Below, piece after piece: positions 1 through 12,327 of a stretch of 64,000 bases of DNA (position 1 is the stretch's first letter; each line of letters begins with the position of its first letter). Source of the DNA: Candidatus Spongiisociaceae bacterium (GTDB lineage Bacteria > Actinomycetota > Acidimicrobiia > Spongiisociales > Spongiisociaceae); the NCBI GenBank assembly GCA_965219685.1, contig CBDCOH010000002.1:160001-224000 (forward strand), given 5' to 3'. The position numbers and the translations under genes were made by a program. The notes under the pieces were generated by a model that worked only from the letters and a program-made list of their open reading frames with translations, ran no database searches and was not told where the DNA came from.

Positions 1-3000
1 AACGACTCTTCTACGTGAAGATCGTCACTCTCCCGAAAGGAGGCGATTTCGAACTGGACTTCGGGAACAACCATGTAGTCGAGATCACCGACGGCTACCT
101 GATCCAGCGCAGGTTCCTGGATCGCCTGGAGTTCGAGGCGGATGCAGACTTCGCCAACGGCACAACCTACACCTTCAGGGTCCTGGACAACTACCTCACA
201 GAGTCGGAGAGCACTTACACCGCCACCATCCTGGTGGTGACCAACCTGTCGCCGACATTCTCGGCCGACGGTCCACTGGCACGCAGCGTGGCGGAGAACT
301 CCGCCGCCGAGACGCTGGTAGGTGACCCCGTGACCGCCACCGACCCCGACGACAGCACTTTGACCTATGCCCTGACCGGCACAGACGCGGGCTCCTTCGA
401 CATCGACGCCGCCACCGGGCAGATCAAGGTGGCCCAGGGGGCGGCCTTCGACCAGGAGACCAAGGACTCCTACTCGGTGACAGTGACCGTGACCGACGGC
501 AAGGACGGCCAGGGAGGCGTTGACACCGCGATCGACGCCTCCATCGACGTAAGCATCACCATCTCCGATGTGGTCGAGGCACCCCCTCCGCCGGTCAATG
601 TCAAGGCCGCCATCCTCGCGTCCACTGCGCTGAAGGTGAGCTGGCAGGCGCCGGCCCCGACCACGGCCCCACCCGTGACCGGCTATTGGGTGAGCTGGGT
701 GGAGACGGTGCTGGGAGTGCCGGGCACCGACGTCGAGAGCGAGTACGCGGGTACCGAGACCTCGTACGCCATCACCGGTCTGACGCCCGGAACCCAGTAC
801 CAGGTCAAGGTCTGGTCCGCCAACTCCGACGGGGCCGGCGAGGCGGTCACCGTGGACCCCGCTCCCTTCACCGCTCCCAATGCCCTGCCGACCTCCTCCG
901 ACTTCACCAGGTACGGGCCCTTCGACTTCGAGGCATCGCACTTCTCCTTTCTTGATGTGGACGACAACGAGTACAGCATGGACAGTCTCAGCGGGGTCAG
1001 GATCGTGACCCTCCCCTCCACGTCGGCGCCAGATCGACTCAGACTGCCGGGCGCTTGGGTGGGGGGACAGTTTGTCTTCCCATTCGTGGAGCCGGACCAG
1101 GTGATCCCGGCGAGTGACCTGGATGATCTGATAGTGGGGGAGAACCCGGGGTACCTCCAAAGCGAGAAGCTGTTCACCTTCCGGGTACTGGACAGTTATG
1201 GCGGAGAGTCGACGCAGGCGTACACATATCGCCTGGCCATCCCCAAGAACCTGCCTCCCGCCTTCGACGAGGGTGCGACAGCGGTCCGCCGCATCAAAGA
1301 GAACTCGCTCCCCGGAACCGCAGTGGGAGCGCCGGTGAGCGCCCGGGACGCCAGTACGGGTCAGTTCCCGGTCCCCACCCAGGAGCTGACCTACTCGCTC
1401 GGCGGCGAGGACGCGGCCAGTTTCGTCTTGGACGCCGGTACCGGGCAGTTGACGCTGGCCAAGGGCGTCGTCGTGGACCACGAGGCCAAGAGCCTCTATA
1501 CGGTCACGGTGGACGTTCACGACGGCTTGGACTACGAGAAGGAACCGGACACGTCCGCGGACGACTCGATAGTCGTGAACATCCACATTGACGACGTTGA
1601 CGAACCGCCGGATGGGCCTTCCAATCTCGGCGCCGATGTTCTGTCGTCCACCAGTATCCGGGTGCACTGGGAAGCACCCGACAACTCGGGCCGGCCACCC
1701 ATCACATCGTACGTGATCGCCTCCCTTCCCTTGACGCAGGACAGAAACTGTCAGAACGGGTACAACACCTGCCCGGACCCCCCGACTGCGCTGTCCCACA
1801 CCTTCACCGGACTCACGCCCGGTACGGTCTACCTCTTCAATGTGTATTCCGTCAACGACGACGGCGGCAGCGGCCGCGGCAGCAAGTTTGCCGTCTCCGC
1901 CACCACCCACGCCAACGACCTGCCGGAGTCGGCCGACTTCACCAAGCTGACCAGGCCAGGCATCACGGTGCCCTTCGGCCCTGGCGACTTCGCCTTCAGC
2001 GACGCCGACGCACTCACCGACAGCGCCGACATGCTTACCCGCGTGCGGATCGTCACCCTTCCGGACGCGATCCAGGGAACGCTGAAGTGGACGGCGGCGG
2101 GCGGCGCCCAAGCCGCGGTGGCGGCCGGCGGGCTGATCGACCGCGCCGACCTCGGCACCCTGGTCTTCGAGACGGCCTCCGGGTTCACGGCTCCCGCCTC
2201 CTTCACCTACAAGGTGCTGGATCGGTACGGAGGCGAGTCCGCCTCCGCGTACACCGTTACGCTGTCCTACGCCACCAACCTGCGCCCCGTGTTCACCCAG
2301 ACCGGTCCGCTCGTCCGGACGGTCGCGGAGAACAGTGCCGCCGGAACTGAGGTGGGCGAGCCGGTGACCGCCACCGACCCGGACTCCGGTGACACCATCA
2401 CGTACACGCTGACCGGCGCCGACGCCTCGCTCTTCACCATCACTGCCGGTGGTCGGATAAAGGTGGCGGCCGGCACCGACCTCAACTATGAGGGCAGCAG
2501 AGACACGTTTTCCCTGACTGTGAACGCCAGTGACGGCAAGGACGACAACGCGGGGACGGACACCGCGGTGGACACCTCCATCGAGGTGACGGTGAACGTA
2601 ACCAACGTGGCGGAGCCCGCCCCGGCGCCCACCGGCGTCACCGTGTCCGTGCTGTCGCCCGGTAGCGCCCGCGTGTCCTGGAAGGCGCCCGATACGACGG
2701 GCGCCTCGCCCATCGCCGGCTATTTTGTCCTGTACTCGACCCAGCCGGATGTCCCGTACCCCAACGCGAGCACGGTTCTCGGCCCGCTGGTGGCGGCGCC
2801 GAACCTCAGCTACGAGTTGACCGGGCTTCTGCCCAGCTCCACCCACTACGTCAAGGTGATCGCCAGAAACACGGAACTCGGCGTAACGGACCTAGGCCAG
2901 GCGCCGGCGACGTCCTTCACCGCGCCGCTCAACCTGGGGCCCACCTCGGCGAACATCCTCAAGGGCGCCGACAACGTGGCCCCCATACGCTTTGCCGCCG

Positions 3001-6000
3001 CCGACTTCCCATTCTCAGACACCACTCCCGATGACTACTTGGCCTACGTACGGTTCGTGTCCCTGCCGGACGGATCCCAGGGCACGCTCAGGTGGAAAGC
3101 CGCCAGAGCAGTCCAGGCGGCCGTACCGGTCGGCGGGCTCATCGCGGCGAACGACCTGGACACCCTGGTGTTCATGCCACGGGCCAGGTTCGAGAGCACG
3201 GTCTTCACCTTCCGGGTGGTGGACAGGTACGGGGGCGAGTCGCCGGTCTACACCGCCGCGTTGAGGATCCGCCGGGGGATCATCACCGGGGTGGAGATCG
3301 GTTCCGCTCCCCTGGGCAGCGCCAACACCTACTACCAGCACGAGATCATCTCCGTGGGCGTGGACTACGACTTCCCGGTGTCCTGGACGAAGCCGGCGAA
3401 CGAGAGCATCTACGTTGCTTTGGACGTGGGCGGCGTCACGAGGAGGGCGCACCTGAGGGGGACCGCGGGCGACCCCTCGGCGCAGTCGGGGGCGGGCAGC
3501 ACGCTCTACTTCGACTACCGGGTGGTGTCGCGTGACATGGACTCCGACGGGGTCAGCGTCGGCGGCGGCGGGCGAGCGGGCCAGGTACTGGTGGAGGGTG
3601 GTCTCATCACGGCCTCTGGAACGAACAACCGGTCCTCCCGGAATAACCCGGGCCTGGCGGCCGACCCGAGCCACAAGGTGGACGGCTCGCAGGCCCACAA
3701 CGCTAGGGCGCAATTCACCCAGGACGCTGCCCTGGCGTTCGAAGTGGAGGAGAACTCCCCGGCAGGAACCGCGGTCGGTTCCCGGGTCAGGGCGACCGAC
3801 GCGGATGGAGACACCCTCGCGTACCGGTTGGAAGGCGAGGACGCCGGTCTGTTCAGCGTTGACTCCGACGGCCAGATCACCGTCGCGTCCGGCGCCACGC
3901 TGGACGCCGACGTCAAGGTGTCGTTCCAGGTATCGCTCGTCGTCAGTGACGGCAAGGACGACCTGGGCCAATCGGATCCCGACGACGCCGACGACAGCAT
4001 CGTGGTGAATATATCGATTGCAGGGGTGGCGGAACTCCCGCCGCCGATCAAATTCACCGTCACGGTGCTCTCCGACACCTCGGTCAGGGTGGATTGGGAG
4101 GCTCCGGACACCACCGGCATCCCGGACATCACCCATTACCACGTCGAGTGGATACTGCTGGACGCCGGTAGTGCAGGTAGCAAGTTCAAGTCGGCGGACG
4201 ACCGTTCGCACACCATCACGGGGTTGAACGAGCATGCCTCGTACTTCATAGTCATCGCTGCCAGGAACGGGGACGGTTTCGGCCCGAGCCGGACTGCCCT
4301 GATCAAGACGAACGCCCTGCCCACGTCGGCAGACTTCAAGAAGAGTGCGCTGCCCGGGAGCTCGACCAGCTTCAAGCTCTCGGACTTCCCCTTCACCGAC
4401 GGCACCCAAGGAGACAGCCTGCATTCGGTGAGGATCGTCACGCTTCCCGACGCCGGCCGGGGAACGCTGAAGTTGACCGGTTCCGACGGCGAGGAGTCGG
4501 CAGTCACGGCCGGCGAGGTCATCGCCGCGGACGACTTGGGCAACCTGTTCATCGAGGCCCCCGACGACTTCGTCGACGCCAGTTTCACCTTCCAGGTCGC
4601 GGACTCGTTCGGCCAGTACTCCAAGACGAGCTACACCGCAACGGTGGCGTACGCCCGGGCGCGCATCACCGGCGTCTCCGTCACCTCCACGCCTCGGGGC
4701 GCCAACAACACGTACTACCGGGGCGAGGACATACTGCTGACCGTCACCTTCAGCCGCGACGTGACAATCGACACCGGGACTGGGCGGGCGGCAATCCCGG
4801 TGCACATCAACCGGGACTCCTTCCCGTCGCGGGACGGTTACCTGGCTCTGATCCAGACCACCGGAACCGTCACGGGCAGGATTTTCAACTTCACGGTAAG
4901 GGTGCTCCCGCCGTTCGGCGTCGGCAATGGCGTGTCGATCGCCCGGACGGACCGCCTACTGGCGATCCTGGATCCGGTGACTCTCGAGGCCTACGAGGGC
5001 GCCTGGAGCGTGAAGGACTCCCAGGACCACGCGGCCCTGCTGGACTTCGCGGGGCTGAAGGCCGACGGGAACCACAGGGTCAACGGCGTCAAGGTACACA
5101 ACCACCCGGCCCGTTTCTCGCCTAGCGGGCCGCTGGTCAGGGTCCTGACGGAGAACTCTCCCGCCGGAACGCCGGTGGGCGGTGGCATCGTCACGGTCAC
5201 GGCAGTCCTGGACGGCGGTGTCCGCTCATCCGACACCCGGGTGGGCGTCACCCTGTCGGGAACGGCGACGGACGGGACCGATTTCACCGCCACCTTCCCC
5301 GCCGGGATCACCGTACCCGCCGGAAGCCGCAGGGGCACGGCCGAACTGCTGATCGTGCCCCGCGACGACGCCGCCCGGGAAGGCGCCGAGACCATCGTGG
5401 TCAACGGCGCCGCCGCCGGTTTCGCGGTCAACCCCGCCTCCGTGACGGTCATCGACGACGACACCGCCGCCACAGGGATCACCTTGAGCCTCAGCCGCAC
5501 CCAGATGCCGGAGATCGCCGTCCGCCCGGTTTTCGTCACCGTAACGGCTACCCTGGACAACAGCGTTGCCCGGTCCACCGACACCACTGTGACCCTCTCC
5601 CTAGGTGGCACGGCGATAAGAAGCAGAAACACCGGCGGGGACTACATCACTGTCGCCTTCGGCGACATAACCATCCCTGCCGGTCAGGTGTCGGCCGCAA
5701 CCACGTTGGCGTTCCGACCCTGGGCCGATATCTTCGTGGAGGGCGCCGAGACCATCGTGGTCAACGGCGCCGCCGCCGGCTTTACGGTCAACCCCGCCAC
5801 CATCACCCTCATCGATGAGAACAGCAGGTATCACAGCCTAACTCTCAGCGTCAGCCCGGGCTGGGTCAAGGAGGACGGCAGCGCGGTAACTGCGGTAGAC
5901 ATCGAGGGCGACACCCTCACGTACAGCCTGTTCGCCACGGTGAGCCCGACATCGTCCACCGAGTCCGACGAGTTCGTGATAGATCCCGCCACCGGCGTGA

Positions 6001-9000
6001 TCACCGTCAAGGAAGGCGCGGTGCTGGACCGGGAGACCCGAGCCTCCTACCGGTTGACCGTAGGCGTGAGCGACGGCAAAGATGTATCGGGCGCGACATC
6101 GGCCCTCGAGTGCACCATGCCCGGCGCCGATCCCGCCACGGACTTCAGGGCGTGCGACGACCTCGTCGTGGTCGACGTCACCCTGGCCAACGTCGTGGAA
6201 CTGCAGGGATCCCCGAGGAGCCTTACCGCCGTCCCCGAGTCTTCGACCAGCATCAGGCTTGACTGGTCGCCGCCCCCGGACCAGGGAGGGGAGCCCATCA
6301 CAGGGTACCGGCTGACCTATGGCACCGACGCCGGTGACGGCCAGCCAGATGCGATCGCCCTGGTCGAGGAAGTCATCGATGCCGGAGACGGCAACGCCAT
6401 GCGCCACGTCGTGAGCGACTTGGCGCCCGGGACCACCTACCACTTCACGCTGAAGGCGGTCAATAGCGAGGGCGACGGAGACCCGGCCGGCGTCAGCGTC
6501 GCCACCCGGTCCAACTCCGCACCCGACTCGGCGGACTTCGATGTGTCCACCAGCGAGCTGTCATCCGTGTTCGAGTTCGCGGCCACAGACTTTCCCTTCA
6601 CGGACGCCGACGCCGCAACTGCGACCGGCGACAGCCTGAAGGCGGTGAAGATCTTGAGCAACCTCGGGTATGCATGGTGCGGAGCCCCATGCGGTGCTGT
6701 GCTCGAACTGGACGGTGTCAGGGTCGAACTGAACGACGTGATCTCCTTCGCCGATCTGGACCGGCTGAAGATGAAGCTCCGGGGGGTGTGGTACCACTAT
6801 TCCACCTTCGAGTTTCGCGTCATGGACCAGTACGGCGCCGAGTCGCCCACGTACACCGCCCGGCTGCTTGTCGCCGATCCGGTTGTCGAATCCCTGTCGA
6901 TCATCTCCACCCCAGCAGGCCACGGCACCTACCTGAAGGACGAGGTGATCCAGGTGGCCGTGGACTTCGACGTCCGGCTGCGATGGAAAGACGACTCCGA
7001 GGCCGACGATGGCTACTTCTATGTCACCCTGGACATCGGCGGTCAGAAGCGGGAGGCGAGGCTGTCCCGAGCGGTGCTCAACCAAACCGATGGCAGCACC
7101 ATCACCCACACTCCACCTCTGGAGGGTCGTCCCTACCATCGGTGGATCTTCTCCTACACCGTGGCGGCGACAGACGTGGACGCCAACGGAGTCTCCGTGG
7201 TGCCCGACGCGGAAGGCAACGTGGTGCGGGCCCACAAGCAGGCCCGGCTTGAGCACGTACCGACGGTGTCGACCCACTCGCCCACGGCTCACGAGGGACT
7301 GGCCGACCAACCCGGCCAGCGGGTGAACGGCAACACCGATCCCAACTACTGGCCCGTCTTCAACGGGTCGCCCGGGCCGTTAACCCGCACGAAAGAGGAG
7401 CACCAGGAGGGATTGGGTAAGAGGCCGCCGGAAGTGGGCGACCCGGTGACCGCCACCGACGCAGACGGCGACGTCCTCGTGTACTCCCTCTCCGGGGACG
7501 ACGCCGACGACTTCACGATCAACTCGGAAACCGGCCAGATCTCGATGGACGACGACCTGCTCCTCGACTACGAGGGGAAGGACACCCATCACCTGACCGT
7601 TCACGTCACGGACAACAAGGATCCGGCCGGGAGCAGCGATACCGCCGTCGACGCTTCCATCGGGGTGACCATCAGTGTGATAAACATGGTCGAGCCGGCA
7701 CTGTCACCGGTCAACCTCAGATTCACCGAGCTGGGGCCGTTCAGCGTCAGAATCGAGTGGGACCACCCGGACAATTCGGGCCGGCCTCCCCGGAATGCGT
7801 ACTACCTCATCATTCTCCCTTCGCTGTACAACTGGGTCTTGCCGCCGGACACGACATCGAAAGTCCTGACCAACCAACCGCCCGGCGCGACATTCAGTAT
7901 CACAATGCATGCGGATAACGACGAGTGGCCGGGCGAGCCACCAATCTGGGCGAACGAGGAGGTCTTCGCCATCGCAAGGTTGGACGGCGTTACGACCGGG
8001 CCCAACACCCTGCCCACGTCGGCCGACTTCACCCGGTACACGAAGACGAACTCCGCATTGGCGATCGACAAGGAGGACTTCCCCTACAACGATCCCGATG
8101 TGGGGCGCCACGATGAGGAGGGACTGCACGGCGTGAAGGTCCTCACCCTGCCCGACCCGGCTCGCGGGAAGCTGCTGCGCCGGGTGGCGCGCCTCCCGGA
8201 CAGGGACCTTGCGGCGGATTCGACGATCCGCTTCAACCACGGCGAGACGCTGGTGTTCGTCCCGGCAACGGACTTCTCCGGCCACGCCCGCTTCACCTTC
8301 AAGGTAATCGACCGCTTCGACGGCGAAGCCGTCCAGGCCAGCACCGCTACCATCCAGGTGACTGACGATCCGCCGGAGATAGAGGCCGTGCGCGTTGTCT
8401 CCTCTCCTTACCGCCACGACGGCGTGTACGGCCACGATGACGTCATAAAGGTGGAAGTTGAGTGGGACAGGGATGTGACCTGGAACATCCCTGAGGATGA
8501 CCCCTCCTCCTTCATCGGGCTCCGGCTCGCGGTGGGCAGCGCGTCCCGCTGGGCCAGGCCGGTCTCCACCGACCGGCACGCCGAGGAGTTCCCCGCCTCC
8601 GGCACTGCGCGACGGATCGTCTTCGCCTACCAGGTACAGGCCGCCGACCTGGATCCCGACGGCTCGAGCGTCCGGTCTGGCGTCGTGGTGCACCTCTTCG
8701 GCGCCGCCACCCTGCGCGATGTGGTCGGGCAGGACGCAGGCCGCGATCTCGATGAAACCGTCACCAGCCCCCACCCGGTGAACGGCAGCCTGAGCGTCAA
8801 CTACCGCCCCCTGTTCATCGAGGACGGACCGCTGACCCGAGTGGTGGCCGAGAACACGGCGCCCGGCTCCCTGCTGGGAGGGCCGGTTCTGGCAGTTGAC
8901 CCCAATACCGGGGACACCCTTGCCTACTCGCTGTCCGGCCCTGATTCCGCCGATTTCACCATCGACGCAGGTGGGCAGATACGCATCGGCGAGCACACGG

Positions 9001-11490
9001 CGCTCGACTTCGAGAAGGAACCCAACACCTACTCCCTCACGGTAGAGGTGAGAGACGGCAAGAACAGCCTCGACGTGGCCGACACCGCGGTCGACGACGC
9101 CATCGACATGACCGTCACGGTGACCAACGTGGAGGAGCCGGCGGGCAACGTGGCGGCCGAAGTGCTTTCCGCCCACCAGATCCGGGTCACCTGGAGCGCG
9201 CCGGACAGCGCCAACGCCAACTATGTCTCCCACTACGAGTTGGCGTACCGCGAGTTGTTCCCCAAGAACCCGTCAGATACCGGACCTGACCGCTTCGACG
9301 AGTGGACCACCCTGACCGTCGACCGGGACACCCGGCAGGTAACCCTGGAGGACCTGCAACCACGCAGCTACTACGACATCGTGCTGCGGTCGGTCCAGAA
9401 GGGTGTGGACGCGCCGGAGGTCCGGGTGACGCCGATGCCCCGGACCCAGGTGGCGCCGTGTACCATCCTGTCCAACAGACAACACGTCTGGCAGGACCTC
9501 CACAAGTACATCGTCGTGCGCCCCGGTCCTACCACTCTTGACCTTGCACCTGCTCCGGCCTATGCCGGATCGGGCGATCTGGACTATACAAGGTCCCGGA
9601 CGCAGATCTGCGACGAGGACGGCAGGATTTCCCCGCCAGGGGATGTTGTCGGCTCGACCCCACTCAACGATCTCGATCTTGATAAGCGTGCAGGCGACTT
9701 CGCGAAGGCCAATTACCTGGACGGGCGGTTGTACGCACAACCTCATGGCCGCCTGGATCCCGATACCCGCTATTGGTACACCTTGCAGATAGGCGGTGGA
9801 ACCAGAGGGACTCTGCACAGCACCTACCGCCTTGCCAAGACCACCAAGGCGCGGACGGGAGTAACTCTGTCGGCAGAGCCCGCGACGGTCAGCGAGTCGG
9901 CATCCGGGGCGACGGTATCGGTCACCGCCCGGATGAACGACAACGCCACCTTCCATCCCTACTACGGCATCTCGATGGATCTGACCATGTACAACGCCGG
10001 GACGCAGACGACCTCCGCAATGGCCATTCCCCAGTGGGCGAACAGCGCCACGAGCGAGATCACCATCCCGACCCCGGACGACGAGGTGGTGCGGGCCGCC
10101 AGAACCGTCACCCTCACCGGTGCGCTCGCGTTTCCCGACCTCAGAACGGTTTTCGAGAGCTATGGGAACGTGATCAGGGGTTATCCGACATCCTCGGCCG
10201 TGCAAAACAGGGAACTGTCCGCCTTGCCGGTATCACCTACCACGGTCACCATCGAGGAGGACGACATAGGCGTACTCTCCATCGCCGGTCCTACGGAGGT
10301 TGTAGAGGGCGACACGGCGGTCTTTACGGTGACCCTCTCGCGCCAGGTAGACGCGGACGTCCTTGTCGACTGGACGACTTCAGGGGCTCATGCAACGGAC
10401 TACACGCCCGGCAGCGGCTTCGTGTCATTCGCCCGGAACCAGCCGGCCGGCGCCACACGGACCTTCGAGATCGCCATCACCGACGACACCCTGGGAGAGG
10501 CGGACGAAGAGTTCACCGTGAAACTGTTCCACATCACCTCGGACCTGAGCGATTATCTGAAGCTGGACCCGGACGCGTCCGCTGTCACGGTTACCATCGG
10601 CGACAGCGACCGGGTGCTGATCAACGTCGCCGGTCCGGCGGCGGTCGCAGAGGGATCGACCGCCGACTATTCCGTGACGCTGCACCGCAGCCTCGACACC
10701 GCGTTGACCCTGAGTTACGCGGTCTCCCCGCACGGCGGCGCCACCACCTCCGACTACACCAGCTCGGCGCCGGGGACGCTGAGGTTCCCGGCGGGCGTCA
10801 CGACCAAGCAGATTCAGGTGACGGCGGTGGATGACGTCGTGCACGACCCGGGCGAGAGCTTCAAGGTGACCATTAGCGATCCCCAGGGCGCCGCTGGTTT
10901 CGAGAAGAAACTGCAGACCGACTCGGTCACCACGTCGATAACCGACGACGACGACCCCGTGGCCGTGACGCTAGCTGTGGCCCCGGCCAGTTTTGTCGAG
11001 GGGAATGGCTCCACAGCCTTCGTCATTACCGCCACGCGCCCTGAGGGAGTCACTCCTGCCCTGGACATGACTCTGTCCCTCGGGGGAACCGCGACGGCGG
11101 GAGACGATTACGAAACCCAAGGAGCGGGCACGCTCAGCTTTACCGCAGGGGCGACGAGTAGCAACAAGCTCTTCCGCATCACGCCGGTGAACGACTCGTT
11201 GCTGGAGGGCGACGAGACCATAGTCGTCAGCGGCGCCGCCCCGGGTGTCACCGTGAAACCGGCCACCATCACGCTGAAGGACAACGAGCAGGGCACCCTC
11301 ACCCTGATCGCGCCCTCCGGCTCGGTGGAGGAGGGCGCCGGAGCTGACTACACCGTCCGGTTGTCCAGGAAGATCGAGACGGACCTGGTAGTCAACTGGG
11401 AAATCAGCTACGACTCGGCAGCGGAGTGGGCGACAGGTGCAGACCTGGGTGTCCAGGGAGGGGCTGTGAGCTTCCCGGCCGGTTCTCTAG
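1..11490 (+). pseudogene. Giant surface adhesin, 5' part (cadherin + FN3 + Ig-like modules, then Calx-beta-like domains); interrupted by IS5; start lies upstream of the window
   Basis: ORF 15..11546 is open to the window edge (R-L-F-Y-V-K-I-V-T-L-P matches the internal 'VRIVTLP' motif). It has 7 cadherin-like repeats (ENS..GT.VG.PVTATDPD...LTY.L.G.DA..F.ID..G.I....LD.E), FN3 repeats (SW.APD..G.PPITGY...GL.PGT.Y) and Calx-beta-like repeats from ~9850. The last 18 aa before the stop at 11546 are IS-derived. Confidence 0.9.
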
Positions 11491-12284
11491 GGCGTGTTCA
11501 CGCTTTTGAGGGTGTCGTGGATGAGGGCGAGGGTGATGAATGCTAGGAAGATGATGTCGAGTTTGTCGTAGCGGACAAAGACACGCCGGTAGGCTTTGAT
11601 CCGGCGGAAGAGCCGTTCCACTTCGTTTCGCCGCTTGTATATCTGGCGGTCGTAGTCCCATGGGTGGCGGCGGTTGGTTTTGGGTGGGATGACCGGTGTG
11701 TATCCCAGAGCGAGCGCCAGTTGTCGTGTGTTGTCTCCTTCGTAGGCGCGGTCGGCTACCAGGAACAGTTGCAGTTGTTCGCCTTCTGCTTCGGTGTCTT
11801 TCTTCTTTCGGGATCCGAGCTTTTCGAGGAGTTCCCGTCCGTGGGGGCCATCATGGTCCTGGCCTGGGGAAATAGCGTAGATGATCGCTGTACGAGCGTC
11901 GGCGGCGACCATATGAATCTTGGTCGTCAATCCCCCTCGGGACCGTCCGATGGCCTGGGGACCATGTTTTTTGAGAGCACCGGCTGCGTCGGGATGGACC
12001 TTGACTGTTGTGCTGTCCAATCCCAGAACTTCGAGGTCGATGAGTTGTTCTTGCTGTAGGCGTTGGAACACCCGCACCAGCACACCGCTGGCCGCCCAGC
12101 GCCTGAACCGCATGTAGATGGTGTGCCAGTTCCCGAACTCTTTGGGAAGGCCCCGCCATTTGCAGCCTTGTTCCAGTATGTGGAGCATGGCGTTGAGAGC
12201 ATCGAGGTTGGATACCTTGACGTTGCCCCGCTGTTTCGGGAACGCGTCTGCTATGAGTTGGTATTGTTCTTGTGTTATTTCCAT
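11487..12284 (-). CDS. IS5-family DDE transposase
   Basis: 265 aa with motifs GCKWRGLPKEFGNWHTIYMRFRRW, LDSTTVKVH, IGRSRGGLTTKIH, ADRAYE, YKRRNEVERLFRRIK and RYDK. The stop TAG is supplied by the flanking CTAG. Confidence 0.95.
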   Translation of the reverse strand: MEITQEQYQLIADAFPKQRGNVKVSNLDALNAMLHILEQGCKWRGLPKEFGNWHTIYMRFRRWAASGVLVRVFQRLQQEQLIDLEVLGLDSTTVKVHPDAAGALKKHGPQAIGRSRGGLTTKIHMVAADARTAIIYAISPGQDHDGPHGRELLEKLGSRKKKDTEAEGEQLQLFLVADRAYEGDNTRQLALALGYTPVIPPKTNRRHPWDYDRQIYKRRNEVERLFRRIKAYRRVFVRYDKLDIIFLAFITLALIHDTLKSVNTP

Positions 12285-12327
12285 ATGTTAATGGTATCAC
12301 ATGGGTGTAACTTAGAGTGAACACGCC
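11491..12327 (-). mobile_element. IS5-family insertion sequence (IS427/IS1301-like), 837 bp
   Basis: Terminal inverted repeats GGCGTGTTCAC (11491-11501) and GTGAACACGCC (12317-12327), flanked by CTAG on both sides (11487-11490, 12328-12331). Equivalently a TA duplication with 12-bp TIRs. Confidence 0.95.
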
